Part shown: positions 20,328 to 30,830 of the stretch, piece by piece
Layout of the letters: the number at the start of each line of letters is the position of its first letter
Position numbering within the stretch: position 1 is the stretch's first letter
Assembly (NCBI GenBank): GCA_963813075.1
Contig: CAWEXU010000013.1
Coordinates: forward strand, 32,001 to 96,000
DNA length: 64,000 nucleotides
Reading direction: 5' to 3'
Source of the DNA: Methanotrichaceae archaeon
GTDB lineage: Archaea; Halobacteriota; Methanosarcinia; Methanotrichales; Methanotrichaceae
The notes under the pieces: model-generated
Database searches by the model: none
Told to the model about the DNA's origin: nothing
Seen by the model: the letters and a program-made list of their open reading frames with translations, nothing else
Program-made: the position numbers and the translations under genes

Positions 20328-22334
20328 CTATCTGAGTCTGCACTCCCGTCGCTCTTTATTTTTCACATAAGCCGCCGAGCGGGCCAATTCTCTGGTCTCC
20401 TCCTTTGCTTTCATCCGCTCCGACTGGGCCTGAGACCTCAAGGTTGAGGCTGTGGCCTTCGAGTCTGCTGCGGCAACACTGCGATCAGCCCTACTGGCAG
20501 CTATCTTTTCCGACTGCTCCATTCGGCCGCTATTAACTTCCTTGCTAATTGCATAAATTGCCGATCTGGTGCTCTCTTTTGACTCCACTCTCTCCTTTTG
20601 CGCCTCATTGCGGGAGATCATGGCCGAGGCCCTGGATAGGGATGCAGCATTCTTTCCCGCTTGTGCAGGAGGAGTGGATTGGGCAGGTGCCTGGCCCAGG
20701 CCGGCATTGCTGCCCTCACTCGTCTCGGAATCTGATGCTGGTGCGGATGGGGGCACAGCCGCTTTCTTGCTTTCCCCTGACCGGCTCTCTTGCACCTTTT
20801 TGCTCCTCTCCGTAGCTATCTGGCTCGCCTTCCTGGCAGATTCGCTCTTCTTTGCCAGGTCCCTCTCATTGGATGAGGATGACAAAACCCTCTCATTTGC
20901 CGCCTGGTCATAGCGTTCGGTCTTTTCCCTGGCCAGATTCTCAGTTTGCTTTGACCGGCTTTCCTGCCGCTCAAATGCTCTGGCAGATGCTGCTGAGCTT
21001 GCCTCTCCGGTGGCCTTGAGCTGGGTCTCGGTCTTGATTGGCGTTGTCTTGACCGGCGTCACAGCCCCGCTCATCGTCTCGGCTTCTGATGGCATTTCGG
21101 TCTTTGCGGTAGTCTCCGCCTTGACCGATACCTCTGCTTTGACAGGAGTTTCTGTCTTAATTGGAGTCTGCGGCTTGACCTCTGTTTCGGCTCTGGTTTT
21201 GGCTGGCGTTTCAGTCTTAACTGCCATCTCTGCCCCGGCCTGCATCTTGGCCTCAACCGGTTTCTCGACTTTACCTGGCGTCTGCGCCTTGTCCATAGTC
21301 TCGGCTTTTACTGGTGCCCTGGTCTTAACTATTGTCTCTGTTTTGACCGATATCTCTCGGTTGGCTGTCGTATCTATTTCAACTGCCATCCCCGCCGGCG
21401 TCTTCGCCTCGACTGGCGTCTTAGGCTCTGCTGGTGTTTCAATCGTTGTCGGCATCTCTGCATTTGCCTGCACTCCGGCTTTTGGAGCATCGTTTACCTT
21501 TGCAGCATTGTTTGCCTTTGCAGGTACCTCTTTATCTGCCAGCGTCTTCATCCTGGCTGCATCAGTCTCGCTCTTGAGGCGCTCAGATCCTGAGTCTGAA
21601 TCTTTTCCTCCATCTGGATCAATCAGATCTTGTGGACTTTCATTGCGATATACGCCTGCTGGCGACTTGATTGATTGCAGCTTTGCGGTCACAGAATCAA
21701 TTGGGATCGGGAGATTTGCAGAGCTGTTTATTGGCAGTTGAGCGATCGATGTTCCATTTGTGGCGGTTCCATTTGCGCTCTCATTATTGGGGACGGTTGC
21801 GCTCTCTTTATTCGCACTCTCATCTGTCTTATCCGATGAGGACCTCGAGCGGGATGAGCTTGACGAGCCTGATGAGCTATGGCTTTTGCTGCTGCTGGCA
21901 ATTGTGCCGGACTTCTTTGCGGAATTATTGGTGCCTGCAGACAGGCTGGATGCGGAGCTGGTCCCAGACGAATTCGATGAATTCATTTGACTGTCGATGT
22001 CCTCACCTGGGGATGAGTTTCCATTAAGAGCACTATCCTGCACATCCACCGGCTCAGCATCCTTTTGGGCTGAACGATTATTTTCATTCTCGGCCCATTG
22101 AGCAGGCGATACATTGCCTCTCCCTGCTCCCAGAGAACCTATGCTGCCTTGAGTGCTCATATCGTCATAATCGAGCCCGAAAGACAAAATATCCGAAATC
22201 AGAAATGCCGAGGTGCCAGTCAATGACAGCAGAATAATTATCAGAATAAGGTTATATACCCTGGGATGTTTTCCCTTCAATCTCTCTTTTGCCAGACTGT
22301 AATAGGTGGTTCTCGGTCCCATGAAGTCCTTCAT
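20328..22334 (-). CDS. Membrane-anchored low-complexity protein (Ser-rich linker, KTETP-type repeats)
   Basis: N-terminal hydrophobic helix, poly-Ser tracts, 6-aa periodic K-T/A-E-T-P/M repeats. Confidence 0.75.
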   Translation of the reverse strand: MKDFMGPRTTYYSLAKERLKGKHPRVYNLILIIILLSLTGTSAFLISDILSFGLDYDDMSTQGSIGSLGAGRGNVSPAQWAENENNRSAQKDAEPVDVQDSALNGNSSPGEDIDSQMNSSNSSGTSSASSLSAGTNNSAKKSGTIASSSKSHSSSGSSSSSRSRSSSDKTDESANKESATVPNNESANGTATNGTSIAQLPINSSANLPIPIDSVTAKLQSIKSPAGVYRNESPQDLIDPDGGKDSDSGSERLKSETDAARMKTLADKEVPAKANNAAKVNDAPKAGVQANAEMPTTIETPAEPKTPVEAKTPAGMAVEIDTTANREISVKTETIVKTRAPVKAETMDKAQTPGKVEKPVEAKMQAGAEMAVKTETPAKTRAETEVKPQTPIKTETPVKAEVSVKAETTAKTEMPSEAETMSGAVTPVKTTPIKTETQLKATGEASSAASARAFERQESRSKQTENLAREKTERYDQAANERVLSSSSNERDLAKKSESARKASQIATERSKKVQESRSGESKKAAVPPSAPASDSETSEGSNAGLGQAPAQSTPPAQAGKNAASLSRASAMISRNEAQKERVESKESTRSAIYAISKEVNSGRMEQSEKIAASRADRSVAAADSKATASTLRSQAQSERMKAKEETRELARSAAYVKNKERRECRLR

Positions 22335-22489
22335 ACTTAAATAGATATTTTTTAAAGTTTATAACCCTTGCGACTGGGTATTTAAATCCTTTAGGAAACA
22401 ATCAATGAATTCCAATTTTAATAAGAATTCTCTTAGGTAAATTATATATACTGTTATCAACTGAATACCATCGTTGAAGGTGAGGAAAT

Positions 22490-22855
22490 ATGAAGAGGAT
22501 CATCTGCAAAAATTGTGGAGTGGTGAATGAGGTCTCGGATGGAGCTTTGGGGGATGAAGATGACTGGCTGGAATGCACCCTTCCCGAGGGCTTTGAATGG
22601 ATTCTGCCTGCGGGGAAGATAACCCCTGTAATCGGCGATCCGCTGTACATATCTGCCCTGGGTGAGCACCTCTCCTATCATGCCTATCTGGACAAATATG
22701 AAATCGATCCGGAGATTGCCTATCAGCTCATACGGGGGAGCAATCGCGCTCGATCTGCCTACATGGCTTATTCCAGCAAACAAAAGACTGAGGCTCAAGT
22801 TAGCTCAAAGGGAAGGTCGGAAAGCTGGCTTGACGAAGACGACTGGACCTCTTGA
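22490..22855 (+). CDS. Hypothetical protein
   Basis: RIICKNCG N-terminus; SD-like GGTGAGG upstream. Confidence 0.7.
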   Translation: MKRIICKNCGVVNEVSDGALGDEDDWLECTLPEGFEWILPAGKITPVIGDPLYISALGEHLSYHAYLDKYEIDPEIAYQLIRGSNRARSAYMAYSSKQKTEAQVSSKGRSESWLDEDDWTS

Positions 22856-23286
22856 AGAGGCGAGATATTGGGGGCCCGGAATAGCTCTAATGATGCAGCC
22901 ACCCATAAACAGCTACCTATAAAACAGCCACCCATAGGCTGCCAGGAGCCGCATCACAATCGCTCACAATATTATTCGTGTTTGCGGGCTTGAAACCACC
23001 CTTTTATCTGGCAAAAGGAATGACCCCGCCAGCTAGCTTGCTCTTTTCCCTTAAGCCTCGGCCAGTCTGCTATTTGTTAGGCGTTAGGCGAATTATTAAG
23101 GTGTTATTAGGTCATTCAGGCGTATTCGAGGCATAATTCGGAACTATTTCGCCCTTATCCATAGCTGAATAAAGATTGGTTTCTAAAGAGCTGATTTGCT
23201 GAGATAGATTCAAATATAAATGTGAGGCAGTCTCAACCCTGCATTACCTGTGGCCTGGATCTACTGCTCTGGACCATGAAGTTGGG

Positions 23287-23868
23287 ATGCGCCGAGGAAT
23301 GTGCATGAAAGAGACGCTTGAGGAGATAGGGACACGACTTCGTGAGCTGAGAGAGCTGAACCGAGTATCGCCCAAAGAGATGGCAGAGCACCTGAAGGTG
23401 CAGGTGGATACTTACAACTGCTATGAGGACGGAAAGCTGGACATCCCGGCCAGCATTCTCATCGGCATTGCGCGAAGGCTGAACGTGGACACAGGCCTCC
23501 TCTTAACCGGCATGGAGTCCAAGATGAACATCTTCGCCATAACCCGTAAGGGCGAGGGGGTAGAGGTGGAGCGCAGGAAGCAGTATCATTATCAGAGCCT
23601 GGCCAGAAAGTTCGCCAATAAGAAGGCCGAACCTTTTATCGTCACCATCGATCCCAAGAAAGAGAGCCAATCGCATCCAGTCCACTCGCTGTACAGCCAT
23701 CCTGGCCAGGAGTTTGAGTACGTGCTTGAGGGCACCTTGAAGATCACCATCAATGATAACGAGGTCATCCTCAACGAAGGGGACTCTATATTCTTTGATT
23801 CAACATATGATCATGTCATGGAAGCCTTAAATGATATGCCCGTGAAGTTTTTGGCCGTGGTCATGTAA
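23287..23868 (+). CDS. XRE HTH + cupin transcriptional regulator
   Basis: [25 protein letters not shown]...GDSIFFDS..H cupin. Confidence 0.9.
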   Translation: MRRGMCMKETLEEIGTRLRELRELNRVSPKEMAEHLKVQVDTYNCYEDGKLDIPASILIGIARRLNVDTGLLLTGMESKMNIFAITRKGEGVEVERRKQYHYQSLARKFANKKAEPFIVTIDPKKESQSHPVHSLYSHPGQEFEYVLEGTLKITINDNEVILNEGDSIFFDSTYDHVMEALNDMPVKFLAVVM

Positions 23869-23889
23869 ACCGGTTACAGAGGATTAAAT

Positions 23890-25791
23890 ATGACATCTTT
23901 ATTGCCTAGGTATGTCTCGCGATTGGATTTCAAATCATACGACGACTTCAGAGAGAACCTGAAGATCCTCGTCCCCGAGAACTTCAATTTCGCTTATGAC
24001 GTAGTAGACGTTTATGCTGCTGAATGTCCTGATAAGCGTGCACTGGTCTGGTGCAACGATCACGGAGAGGAGAAGTCCATCAGCTTCAAAGAGCTGAAGA
24101 CATTAAGCGACAAAGCCGCCAACCTCTTTCAAGGGTATGGGATAAAGAAGGGCGATACAGTTATGCTCACCCTCAAGAGCCGCTGGGAGTTCTGGGTGTG
24201 CATGGTGGGCTTGAACAAGCTCGGCGCTATCGCCATACCTTCCACTCATATGCTCAAAGCCAAAGACTTCCTCTATCGCATTAAAAAAGCAGACCTGAAG
24301 CTTATCGTCTGCATCGGTGAGAACGGAGTTCCCTCCGAGTTCGATATTGCTCACAGCGAGGCGGGAAACATCTCGCTGGTCAAAGCCCTGGTGGGAAGCC
24401 GGGATCTGAACCGAGAGGGCTGGATCAACTTCGATCTGGAGCTGGAGCGGGCCAGCGAAAACTTCGTCCGGCCCACTGGGGACCAGGCCACAAAGAACGA
24501 TGACATACTTCTGGCATACTTCACCTCCGGCACCACCGGCTATCCAAAGTTGGTCAAGCACGATCAGACCTATCCCCTGGGCCATATCCTCACTGCCAAG
24601 TTCTGGCAGAATGTGGAGGACGACGGACTGCATTACACGGTTGCCGATACCGGCTGGGCCAAATGCGCCTGGGGTAAGATATTCGGCCAGTGGCTGGCCG
24701 GGTCGGCCGTCTTCGTCTATGACTACGACCGCTTCGACGCCGGGAGGATGATGGACGAGATGGGAAAATACGGCGTGACCACCTTCTGCGCCCCGCCCAC
24801 CATCTTCAGGTTCATGATCAAGAGCGATATGTCCCGCTACGACTTCTCCCGCCTCAAGTATGCAGTCACCGCGGGCGAGCCTCTGAACCCTTCGGTATAC
24901 GAGAGCTTCCTTGAGACCACCGGCCTGCGGCTGATGGAGGGATACGGTCAGACAGAGACCGTGGTCTGCATCTCCAACTATCCCTGGATGGAGGCCAAAC
25001 CGGGCTCCATGGGAAAGCCGGCCGCTGGATACGATATCCTCCTGGTGGGAAAGAACGACAAGGTCTGCGAGGTGGGCGAGGAAGGAGAGATTGTGATCAA
25101 GACGGACAGGGGAAAGCCGGTGGGCCTATTCACCGACTATCACATGGACCCGGACAAGACCAGCACTACCTGGCACGATGATTACTATCATACCGGAGAC
25201 ACTGCCTGGCGGGACGAGGACGGATACTTCTGGTTCATCGGCCGGACGGACGATATGATCAAGAGCTCCGGCTACCGGGTGGGGCCCTTTGAGGTCGAGT
25301 CGGCTCTCATGTCCCATCCCGCCGTCCTGGAGGTGGCAATCACCGGAGTGCCCGATGCCATCCGCGGTCAGGTGGTCAAAGCCACGATAGTCCTCACCCG
25401 GGGATTCAGCCCCTCTGAGGAGCTGAAACGGGAGCTGCAAGATCACGTGAAAAAGGTGACCGCGCCCTACAAGTATCCTCGAATAGTGGAGTTCGTGGAT
25501 GAGCTTCCAAAGACCATCAGCGGCAAGATAAGAAGGGTGGAGATCCGGGATAAGGACAAGCCCTATCCGGTGATCAACTCCCTGGAATGCAAAGCATGCG
25601 AGAGGTGTGTTGAGGCCTGTCCGGAAGGGGTGCTGAAGATGGGCAGTGAGCTGAACATTCGCGGCTACAACTATGTGGTCTACTCAGGAGACGGATGCAT
25701 AGGCTGCGCAGCCTGCTACTACACCTGCCCCGAGCCGCTGGCAATTGAGGTCCATGTGCCTCAGAAAGATAAGTCTGCGCAGGAGAGCTGA
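23890..25791 (+). CDS. AMP-forming acyl-CoA synthetase fused to a C-terminal 2x[4Fe-4S] ferredoxin (VorC-like)
   Basis: [38 protein letters not shown]; then [12 protein letters not shown] and [12 protein letters not shown]. Confidence 0.9.
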   Translation: MTSLLPRYVSRLDFKSYDDFRENLKILVPENFNFAYDVVDVYAAECPDKRALVWCNDHGEEKSISFKELKTLSDKAANLFQGYGIKKGDTVMLTLKSRWEFWVCMVGLNKLGAIAIPSTHMLKAKDFLYRIKKADLKLIVCIGENGVPSEFDIAHSEAGNISLVKALVGSRDLNREGWINFDLELERASENFVRPTGDQATKNDDILLAYFTSGTTGYPKLVKHDQTYPLGHILTAKFWQNVEDDGLHYTVADTGWAKCAWGKIFGQWLAGSAVFVYDYDRFDAGRMMDEMGKYGVTTFCAPPTIFRFMIKSDMSRYDFSRLKYAVTAGEPLNPSVYESFLETTGLRLMEGYGQTETVVCISNYPWMEAKPGSMGKPAAGYDILLVGKNDKVCEVGEEGEIVIKTDRGKPVGLFTDYHMDPDKTSTTWHDDYYHTGDTAWRDEDGYFWFIGRTDDMIKSSGYRVGPFEVESALMSHPAVLEVAITGVPDAIRGQVVKATIVLTRGFSPSEELKRELQDHVKKVTAPYKYPRIVEFVDELPKTISGKIRRVEIRDKDKPYPVINSLECKACERCVEACPEGVLKMGSELNIRGYNYVVYSGDGCIGCAACYYTCPEPLAIEVHVPQKDKSAQES

Positions 25792-25793
25792 AA

Positions 25794-26837
25794 ATGGCAT
25801 CTCAGTTAATAGCGGGCAACAGTGCAGTGGTTGTGGGAGCACTTTATGCCGGATGCGACTGCTTTTTCGGCTATCCCATCACTCCGGCCAGCGAGATTCT
25901 GCATGAGGCATCCAGATTCTTCCCAAAGCTCGGGCGCAAGTTTGTCCAGGCTGAATCGGAGGAAGCGGCAATCAACATGGTCTATGGGGCGGCAACCGCC
26001 GGTCATCGGGTGCTGGCTGCCAGCTCCGGGCCGGGAATGAGCCTGAAGCAGGAGGGAATAACCTACATCGCTGGAGCAGAGCTGCCCTGTGTGATTGTGG
26101 ACATCTGCCGGGCGGGTCCGGGCCTGGGCAACATCGGTCCGGAGCAGTCCGACTACAATCAGGCCTGCAAGGGTGGAGGCCACGGCTGCTACCATAACAT
26201 CGTTCTCGCTCCGGCCAGCGTGCAGGAGATGTGCGACTTCACCGGCAAGGGCTTTGAGCTGGCCTTCAAGTACCGAAATCCGGTGGTCATCCTGGCGGAT
26301 GGGGTTTTGGGGCATATGGTCGAGCCCCTGGAGTTTCCCCAGGAGGCAGTAGAGCATACCATCGATACCACCTGGGCGGTGGCAGGCAAAGCGGAGACTA
26401 GAGGAAATCTGGTCACATCCATCTCTTTGGACTTCGGCGACCTGGAAAAGCATAACCTGATGCTGCAGGAGAAGTACCGCCAGGTGGAGGAGAATGAAGT
26501 TCTGTGGGATGGATACCGGCTGGAGGATGCGGATGTGGTCCTGGTCTCTTACGGCATCAGCAGCCGGATCGCCAGATCGGCAGTGGACAGTGCCCGAAAG
26601 GAGGGAATCCGGGCCGGGCTCTTCCGGCCCATAACCCTCTATCCATTCCCCCGGGATGAGATCCGCAGGCTCGCCGACAGGGGCTCGAAGTTCATATCGG
26701 TGGAGATGAGCAACGGCCAGATGAGAGAAGATATTCGACTTGCCAGCGGCTGCCGGCCGGTGGAGCTTGTCTCTCGTTACGGAGGAAATCTGATCAACAT
26801 CGACCAGATCATGGATAAGATCAGGGAGGTGGCATAA
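25794..26837 (+). CDS. vorB: 2-oxoisovalerate:ferredoxin oxidoreductase subunit VorB (alpha-type)
   Basis: [44 protein letters not shown]. Confidence 0.9.
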   Translation: MASQLIAGNSAVVVGALYAGCDCFFGYPITPASEILHEASRFFPKLGRKFVQAESEEAAINMVYGAATAGHRVLAASSGPGMSLKQEGITYIAGAELPCVIVDICRAGPGLGNIGPEQSDYNQACKGGGHGCYHNIVLAPASVQEMCDFTGKGFELAFKYRNPVVILADGVLGHMVEPLEFPQEAVEHTIDTTWAVAGKAETRGNLVTSISLDFGDLEKHNLMLQEKYRQVEENEVLWDGYRLEDADVVLVSYGISSRIARSAVDSARKEGIRAGLFRPITLYPFPRDEIRRLADRGSKFISVEMSNGQMREDIRLASGCRPVELVSRYGGNLINIDQIMDKIREVA

Positions 26838-28283
26838 ATGGCGGCAAAAGAGAAGCTGTTTGGCGGCCATCCGGGGATGTACGACGTCTTCCCGAGGAAG
26901 GGTGGGTCTGCCCCTACCGCCACTCATTACTGTCCGGGCTGCGGGCATGGCATTCTGCATAAGCTGATCGGCGAGGCCATGGCCGACCTGGGAATTCAGG
27001 ACCGGTGCGTTGTGATAAGTCCCGTGGGCTGCGCTGTGTTCGCCTACTACTATCTGGATTCGGGACATGTGCAGGCCGCTCACGGCCGGGCTCCGGCCAT
27101 AGCCACGGGCATATCCCGGGCAGAGGACGATGCCATAGTCATCTCCTATCAGGGAGACGGAGATCTGGCCTCCATCGGCCTTAATGAGACCATCCAGGCG
27201 GCCAACCGGGGGGAGAAGCTGGCGGTTTTCTTCGTCAACAATACCGTTTATGGGATGACCGGCGGCCAGATGGCGCCCACCACCCTGATCGGCGAGGTCA
27301 CTCTCACCACCCCCCAGGGCCGAGACCCCCGGGATCAGGGCTATCCGATACACATCTGCGAGATCCTGGATACCCTCAGCGCTCCGGTCTTCATCGAGAG
27401 GGCCAGCCTCTCGGATATCGAGCATATTCGCAAGGCCAGGAGGGCGGTAAGACGGGCGCTGGAGATCCAGCGGGACAAGAAGGGCTATGCTTTTGTGGAG
27501 CTTCTCAGCCCCTGTCCCACCATCCTGAGGATGGATGCCCGGGGATGCGCCCGGTTCATCAACGAACAGATGGAAAAGGAGTTTCCCCTGAAGAGGTTCC
27601 GGGACAGGTCGGCTGAGGCGGAGCCCATCATCCGGGCGAAGAGCGACTATACTCTGCAGTCCCTGGAGAGGATCTTCGGCTGCGAGGACAATATCTGCGT
27701 TCAGTTCGAGAGGGACACGGAGTTCGTGCCCAAAGGGGTTAAGATCGCCGGGTTCGGCGGGCAGGGGGTGCTCAGCATGGGGCTGGCCCTGGCCCAGGCG
27801 GCCTTTGGCTGCGGTCGGTTCGTCTCCTGGTATCCGGATTACGGGCCCGAGCAGAGAGGGGGGACGTCCAACTGTTCGGTGATCATCTCCGGAGTGCCCA
27901 TCGGCTCGCCGGTGGTGGACCATCCCGATGTGCTGGTGGCCTTCAACCGCCCATCCCTGGAGAAGTTCGCCCCCACGGTCAAGAAGGGTGGGGTGATTCT
28001 GTACGACTCACTGGCCGGCCAGTTCCAGGCTCCGGAGGGGGTTAAGGCCATATCCGTGCCTGCGACGGAGATCGCTGCCGACAAGGGAGCCAGTATGGCT
28101 GCCAATACCGCCATGTTCGGGGCCCTGATGCAGGCCGGAAACCTGGGGCTGCCCAGGGATGCTTACGGGAACGCCTTCCGGGTTACCTTCGCCAAGAAGC
28201 CCAAGCTCATCCCCAAGAACCTGGAGATCTTGGAGGCGGGAGCGCAGGCGGTCAAGGTGCTGGAGATGGCGGCGAGAAAGTAG
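26838..28283 (+). CDS. vorA: 2-oxoisovalerate:ferredoxin oxidoreductase subunit VorA (beta-gamma fusion)
   Basis: [12 protein letters not shown] motif [11 protein letters not shown]...NN, gamma domain AGFGGQG and YGPEQRGG. Confidence 0.9.
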   Translation: MAAKEKLFGGHPGMYDVFPRKGGSAPTATHYCPGCGHGILHKLIGEAMADLGIQDRCVVISPVGCAVFAYYYLDSGHVQAAHGRAPAIATGISRAEDDAIVISYQGDGDLASIGLNETIQAANRGEKLAVFFVNNTVYGMTGGQMAPTTLIGEVTLTTPQGRDPRDQGYPIHICEILDTLSAPVFIERASLSDIEHIRKARRAVRRALEIQRDKKGYAFVELLSPCPTILRMDARGCARFINEQMEKEFPLKRFRDRSAEAEPIIRAKSDYTLQSLERIFGCEDNICVQFERDTEFVPKGVKIAGFGGQGVLSMGLALAQAAFGCGRFVSWYPDYGPEQRGGTSNCSVIISGVPIGSPVVDHPDVLVAFNRPSLEKFAPTVKKGGVILYDSLAGQFQAPEGVKAISVPATEIAADKGASMAANTAMFGALMQAGNLGLPRDAYGNAFRVTFAKKPKLIPKNLEILEAGAQAVKVLEMAARK

Positions 28284-28425
28284 GGCGGATTTGGGCAAGG
28301 TCGAAGAGATCCACTTAATGGGCTGGTGGATTCTCATTCTCTTTTTTTTGATGGGCAAAAGCCTCTTTCATGATCGTCATATTAATCTCAAAAGAGGTTA
28401 ATGTCATACCAAAGGTGTCATCTCT

Positions 28426-28633
28426 ATGTCTGAGCTGGAAGAAGTAATCAAAGAGCTGCCTTGTGATCTCCATCAAGAGGTTGTAGATTTCGCAAGGTTC
28501 CTGATGGAGAAACGAGGCTCAAAGCGGAAAGGTCGGATGAAGCTGGAGTGGAGGGGTGCTTTGGAGGATATGAAAGAAAAGTACACATCAGTAGAGCTCC
28601 AGCACAAGATCCTGGAGTGGAGAGGTGGATTGA
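28426..28633 (+). CDS. DUF2281-like antitoxin (stop apparently lost through a 1-nt indel)
   Basis: LPCDLHQEVVDFARFL...LEWRGAL...YTSVELQHKILEWR. Confidence 0.7.
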
Positions 28634-28690
28634 TGTACCTGCTGGATACCGGAATATTCTACTGGAACTGCTACTTAGAGTTACTCAATA
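28633..28690 (+). pseudogene. Truncated PIN/VapC toxin remnant
   Basis: ATG TAC CTG CTG GAT ACC = MYLLDT (PIN N-terminal motif) overlapping the antitoxin end; similarity lost within about 20 codons. Confidence 0.55.
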
Positions 28691-28895
28691 GGTCCTATCG
28701 AGGAGGTCGAAGCCGTTCGGATATTTCAAGTCAAATTGCTAAAGATTTTAGTAATTTATTGAACAATGCATTAGGCAGGCCTTGCCACGCGGCATCTGCT
28801 TACCTTAAAGTCTTCCAGCATATTGCTATTCGCTAAATCTTAAATAGCTATACTTGGTATTATTGATTGAAGTACTTCGAAAAAGGATAACAAAT

Positions 28896-29936
28896 ATGCG
28901 TCCAGTCAAAAGCCTCCGGGATTTGAAAGAGTTACTTCAGGCAGGTTTCGAAAGCAATGAAGAATCTCTTGAAGCATTCGGTAAAACCTACTCAACTCAG
29001 CTTAAAGCCTATCTAATAGAGAGCAATAGGCCGAATCCCGGATATTTTAATATCCCACTGAGTTCATGGAAAAATATCGAATCAGTCGGTTGGTATGCAA
29101 GCCAGGATTCCGAATACTCGAATGCTCTCTTCATGGACTGTACGAGAGATCGCGTTTGGATTCTCTATAGTTTGCTGGATGCGTCAGAATCAGACTCGAT
29201 TGTTGAAAAATGGGTCAAAAGCAATGATGGTCTGGATAGCTGCTGGCTGTCGAGAGGACACCTCTTGCACTGGGAAAGGTTGAATGGATGGAGTCGCAGA
29301 GGGATTGGAATCCGTTTCTCCGATGGATTATCTCCAGAAGAGTGCGCGGGGAATTTCAGCCTAAAGGCCTGGCATGGTGCAAACCGTTACGTTGAAGGGC
29401 TCAATGAGATTCTTGATATAGCACAAGATAGATTTGCCATCCACAGTGCAAGATTCCAGAAGAGATCTGGTGGATCTATATCTATATCCGCCGAGTGGTA
29501 CAGTAATGGAAAGATTACCGTTAATCGTGCCACTGATGTGGATGAAGTGCTTATATCAATCGCAGAAATGGCTAATCGCTACGAGGATTCTCTACAAGAA
29601 GCAACCTATTTGCGAGATAAGAGCTTGGCTGCCTTTGAGATAGATTTCAGTCAATGCATTTCCCTTGATGAATTCTCAAGCACTGTCACAAAAGGGCAAG
29701 GCGATATGAATCTCTGGCTGGTCGAAGTTGAAGCAGAGCCAGATTTTCGTCGATTTAAAGGAATTGATCTTCATACGTGGGACAGAGTTCTACTTGACGT
29801 GGGGCCGGATTTTGTCTATCTGACCATACCCGGTAGCGGTTGCGTCAATGGTGCGCCCAGGCTGGCTGTCGTTCAAGGAGAAGATAACTCCGGAAAAGCT
29901 ACCATTTATCATGACGGGGTGGAGGTATTTGCCTGA
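28896..29936 (+). CDS. Hypothetical protein (346 aa from ATG 28896)
   Basis: Intact long ORF, visibly more AT-rich than the vor genes; no family recognised. Confidence 0.8.
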   Translation: MRPVKSLRDLKELLQAGFESNEESLEAFGKTYSTQLKAYLIESNRPNPGYFNIPLSSWKNIESVGWYASQDSEYSNALFMDCTRDRVWILYSLLDASESDSIVEKWVKSNDGLDSCWLSRGHLLHWERLNGWSRRGIGIRFSDGLSPEECAGNFSLKAWHGANRYVEGLNEILDIAQDRFAIHSARFQKRSGGSISISAEWYSNGKITVNRATDVDEVLISIAEMANRYEDSLQEATYLRDKSLAAFEIDFSQCISLDEFSSTVTKGQGDMNLWLVEVEAEPDFRRFKGIDLHTWDRVLLDVGPDFVYLTIPGSGCVNGAPRLAVVQGEDNSGKATIYHDGVEVFA

Positions 29937-30775
29937 ATTACGACGATCGAATCGTTCTATGGCGAAATACCATTCAGCTTTTCCACCAACATAATAGGCC
30001 CAGATTTATAGGTCCTTTCAAAGCCGCAAATATGAGCTACCTGATAGAACCTCGATTTTTGACCAAGAAAGGTGAAGATCGAACTCCTGATATTGTAGCA
30101 AGCGGGAAGGACGACTGGTTGGTTTTGGAGATTACTACTCAACCTGGTTCTAAAGAGCCAAATCTCCGATCTTATCTATCGATAGATCCCAGGTATCTAA
30201 CCCAGCATGGTCTCATTGCCCATGATGGGCAGCCTGATGTTATGAGTAGTAGATTGTCCTTTGTGGATGACGGGCCTTATTGTCAGTTGATCGTAAAGGA
30301 TCATCTTGATGTAATTAAACCGGAGCATATCTATAATCAATCACTTAGGGACGCGCTGATAAATTCTCAAGGAAAAAATCTTACAAGGCTTCCTGGCATA
30401 GCCATTACCTTGCTTCCTGAGATGAGGTCCCTGGAGATCCGCAGAGGTCTCATAGATATCGTTATGCATCTTTTTAAGCCTGGTTCTGAAGGAAAAAGCC
30501 TAATCGATATCGTGGATGTGGGCTTGGAAAGGCTGTCCTTGACGGTGAGTGTTCCTGCAAAGTCCAGGCTAAAGGACAACGTTAACAGAGAGATGAATGG
30601 ATTGATCAAAGGCGCTCTGAATGGATTCCTGATTTATGATAAGGAACTTAACGTCTATAAATCAACGGATAAGTTTAAGCCTCATCCGAAGACGATGGAA
30701 CGAATCTCTTTGGCATTGAAGGAGTGGGCTGGAATTGGCCCACAAAGCACCCTCGATAAATGGCTCATTGAATAA
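29933..30775 (+). CDS. PD-(D/E)xK-like nuclease-domain protein
   Basis: E...PDIVASGKDDWLVLEIT motif; frame open back to CTG 29933, which overlaps the upstream TGA and follows GGAGGT. Confidence 0.65.
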   Translation: MNYDDRIVLWRNTIQLFHQHNRPRFIGPFKAANMSYLIEPRFLTKKGEDRTPDIVASGKDDWLVLEITTQPGSKEPNLRSYLSIDPRYLTQHGLIAHDGQPDVMSSRLSFVDDGPYCQLIVKDHLDVIKPEHIYNQSLRDALINSQGKNLTRLPGIAITLLPEMRSLEIRRGLIDIVMHLFKPGSEGKSLIDIVDVGLERLSLTVSVPAKSRLKDNVNREMNGLIKGALNGFLIYDKELNVYKSTDKFKPHPKTMERISLALKEWAGIGPQSTLDKWLIE

Positions 30776-30830
30776 ATATGCTCACATCAAGCGGTTCTCC
30801 TCTATCAATCATGCCCAATCCGCGGGTCTT

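Noticed and set aside
25806..27923. 705-aa antisense ORF
   Set aside because: Shadow of GC-rich vorB/vorA codon usage.
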